Part shown: positions 63,162 to 64,000 of the stretch, piece after piece
Position numbering within the stretch: position 1 is the first letter of the stretch
Layout: every line of letters starts with the position of its first letter
IMG/VR virus record: IMGVR_UViG_3300037851_000538
Coordinates: 1-64,000 of that record
Strand: one strand, 5' to 3'
DNA: 64,000 nucleotides
DNA from: a virus
Made by a program: the position numbers and the translations under genes
The notes under the pieces: model-generated
What the model was told of the DNA's origin: nothing
Database searches by the model: none
Seen by the model: only the letters and a program-made list of their open reading frames with translations

Positions 63162-64000
63162 ATGCGAAGAGAAACTTTGGTAGGCTTTTACGACGAAATT
63201 ACTTCCATTCACGATCTAGAGAAAACAGCTATCGACCCGGTCACTATGCTTCTCGGTGGGGCTGCTTCTCATATTGGAACTAATCTTGTCGCTAGGAAGC
63301 TCCACCATTCTCCGCTCTTAACTTCTGCACGTAGTAAAGGGCTGGGTAGAGGCATACGAGAAGCTATAGAGGGAAAACCTAGGGGCTTCAAAAGTAGGGC
63401 CACTGAACTCTTGGCGGGTCCGGACTTCACGGCGTCTGAAGATATTGGCCGTCTGTTGGGTAGCGGTTTGAGAAATAAAAGTAGAGGACAGCAACACAGA
63501 GCGTTGAAAAAACTGCGTAAGGCAACGGCTATGGCTCCAGAAGATGTGCGGTCCCTTCCATTTTTTGAAGATTTGGTTCCTGGTATAAATAGGGCTTTAG
63601 AAGCCCCACTTCCTAGAACCGGGAGAATCGAACAACTGTCGCGTGCTCAGAGAGCTGCTCCTTATCTCGCTGCTGCTCCTGCCGCGATCTTGGAGCCCGG
63701 CGCAGCAGTACATATGGGAGTTAATAAGCTAAGGTCCTTGGCCGCAAATTCACCTTTAGGGAAAAAGTTTGCAAAAAACTCTTTGATAGCCGGAGCTCGA
63801 GAATCTACCTTGGCGGATAGGGTTATGGGGGCTCTTCCAGGCGAGGCAAAGACAGACGTCGTCCGTGCGGGTCTATCTCCAAAGAAAAGAAGCAGGATGA
63901 GCGACTTAGCTACGGAGGTGTTTTTATCTCCTGCTTCTCAAGCACCAAAAACTATTTCAAGGGGGGTAGCGGATTCTTTATCTAATCCTGCAAACGTTAG
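63162..64000 (+). CDS. Putative internal head protein with GFYDEI...LEKTA leader (runs off window end); not in ORF track
   Basis: Open frame from ATG 63162 to the window end; MRRETLVGFYDEITSIHDLEKTA|IDP, then a basic Gly/Ala-rich body. Confidence 0.7.
   Translation, partial: MRRETLVGFYDEITSIHDLEKTAIDPVTMLLGGAASHIGTNLVARKLHHSPLLTSARSKGLGRGIREAIEGKPRGFKSRATELLAGPDFTASEDIGRLLGSGLRNKSRGQQHRALKKLRKATAMAPEDVRSLPFFEDLVPGINRALEAPLPRTGRIEQLSRAQRAAPYLAAAPAAILEPGAAVHMGVNKLRSLAANSPLGKKFAKNSLIAGARESTLADRVMGALPGEAKTDVVRAGLSPKKRSRMSDLATEVFLSPASQAPKTISRGVADSLSNPANV

Noticed and set aside
1-64000. Stop-codon reassignment as in some jumbo phages
   Set aside because: Long intact ORFs tile the window in the standard code, and TAG, TGA and TAA all end genes right before the next RBS or start.
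1-64000. Numerous 60-260 aa ORFs antisense or out-of-frame within larger genes (e.g. 59541-60332, 46163-46738, 12879-13415)
   Set aside because: Shadow ORFs of motif-supported genes, with no RBS or recognisable motifs; the one opposite MCP follows from its codon bias.
1-64000. tRNA or other structured RNA genes
   Set aside because: Intergenic gaps are short and I saw no cloverleaf/TpsiC signatures; tRNAscan-SE or Infernal would be needed to exclude them formally.

Overview
This window is part of a large tailed-phage (jumbo-type Caudoviricetes) genome, not a cellular chromosome. It is densely coding in the standard code. Layout: (i) the end of a tail-fibre gene and three membrane genes (<1-2730, +); (ii) a ~17.4 kb minus-strand replication/recombination block (2766-20168) with RusA, a UvsY-like protein, a Cas4-like exonuclease, a PD-(D/E)xK resolvase, RecA, HU, family-A Pol, a Zn-rich SSB-like protein, primase, intein-containing DnaB, UDG and an SF2 helicase; (iii) a plus-strand virion module (20333->64000) with portal, a single-chain bacterial-type beta-beta' RNA polymerase, baseplate spike, terminase, an intein-containing prohead protease polyprotein and major capsid protein, interrupted by small minus-strand islands. 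The most striking pattern is a candidate capsid cargo-loading system. Head-module proteins are densely punctuated by K-x-[A/S] motifs that sit at domain boundaries, and several carry an F-x-[DE]-E-[LMI]...K-x-[AS] leader. Between the motifs lie apparently swappable cargo modules: LigD phosphoesterase + DNA ligase, SNF2 helicase, a Zn-peptidase, ART-like, PPase-like and glycine-zipper domains. A matched promoter-like (GGTATAAG) and terminator-like (TTTTTAGCY) motif pair brackets the non-structural transcription units. All protein calls come from motif recognition by eye; no database searches were run.
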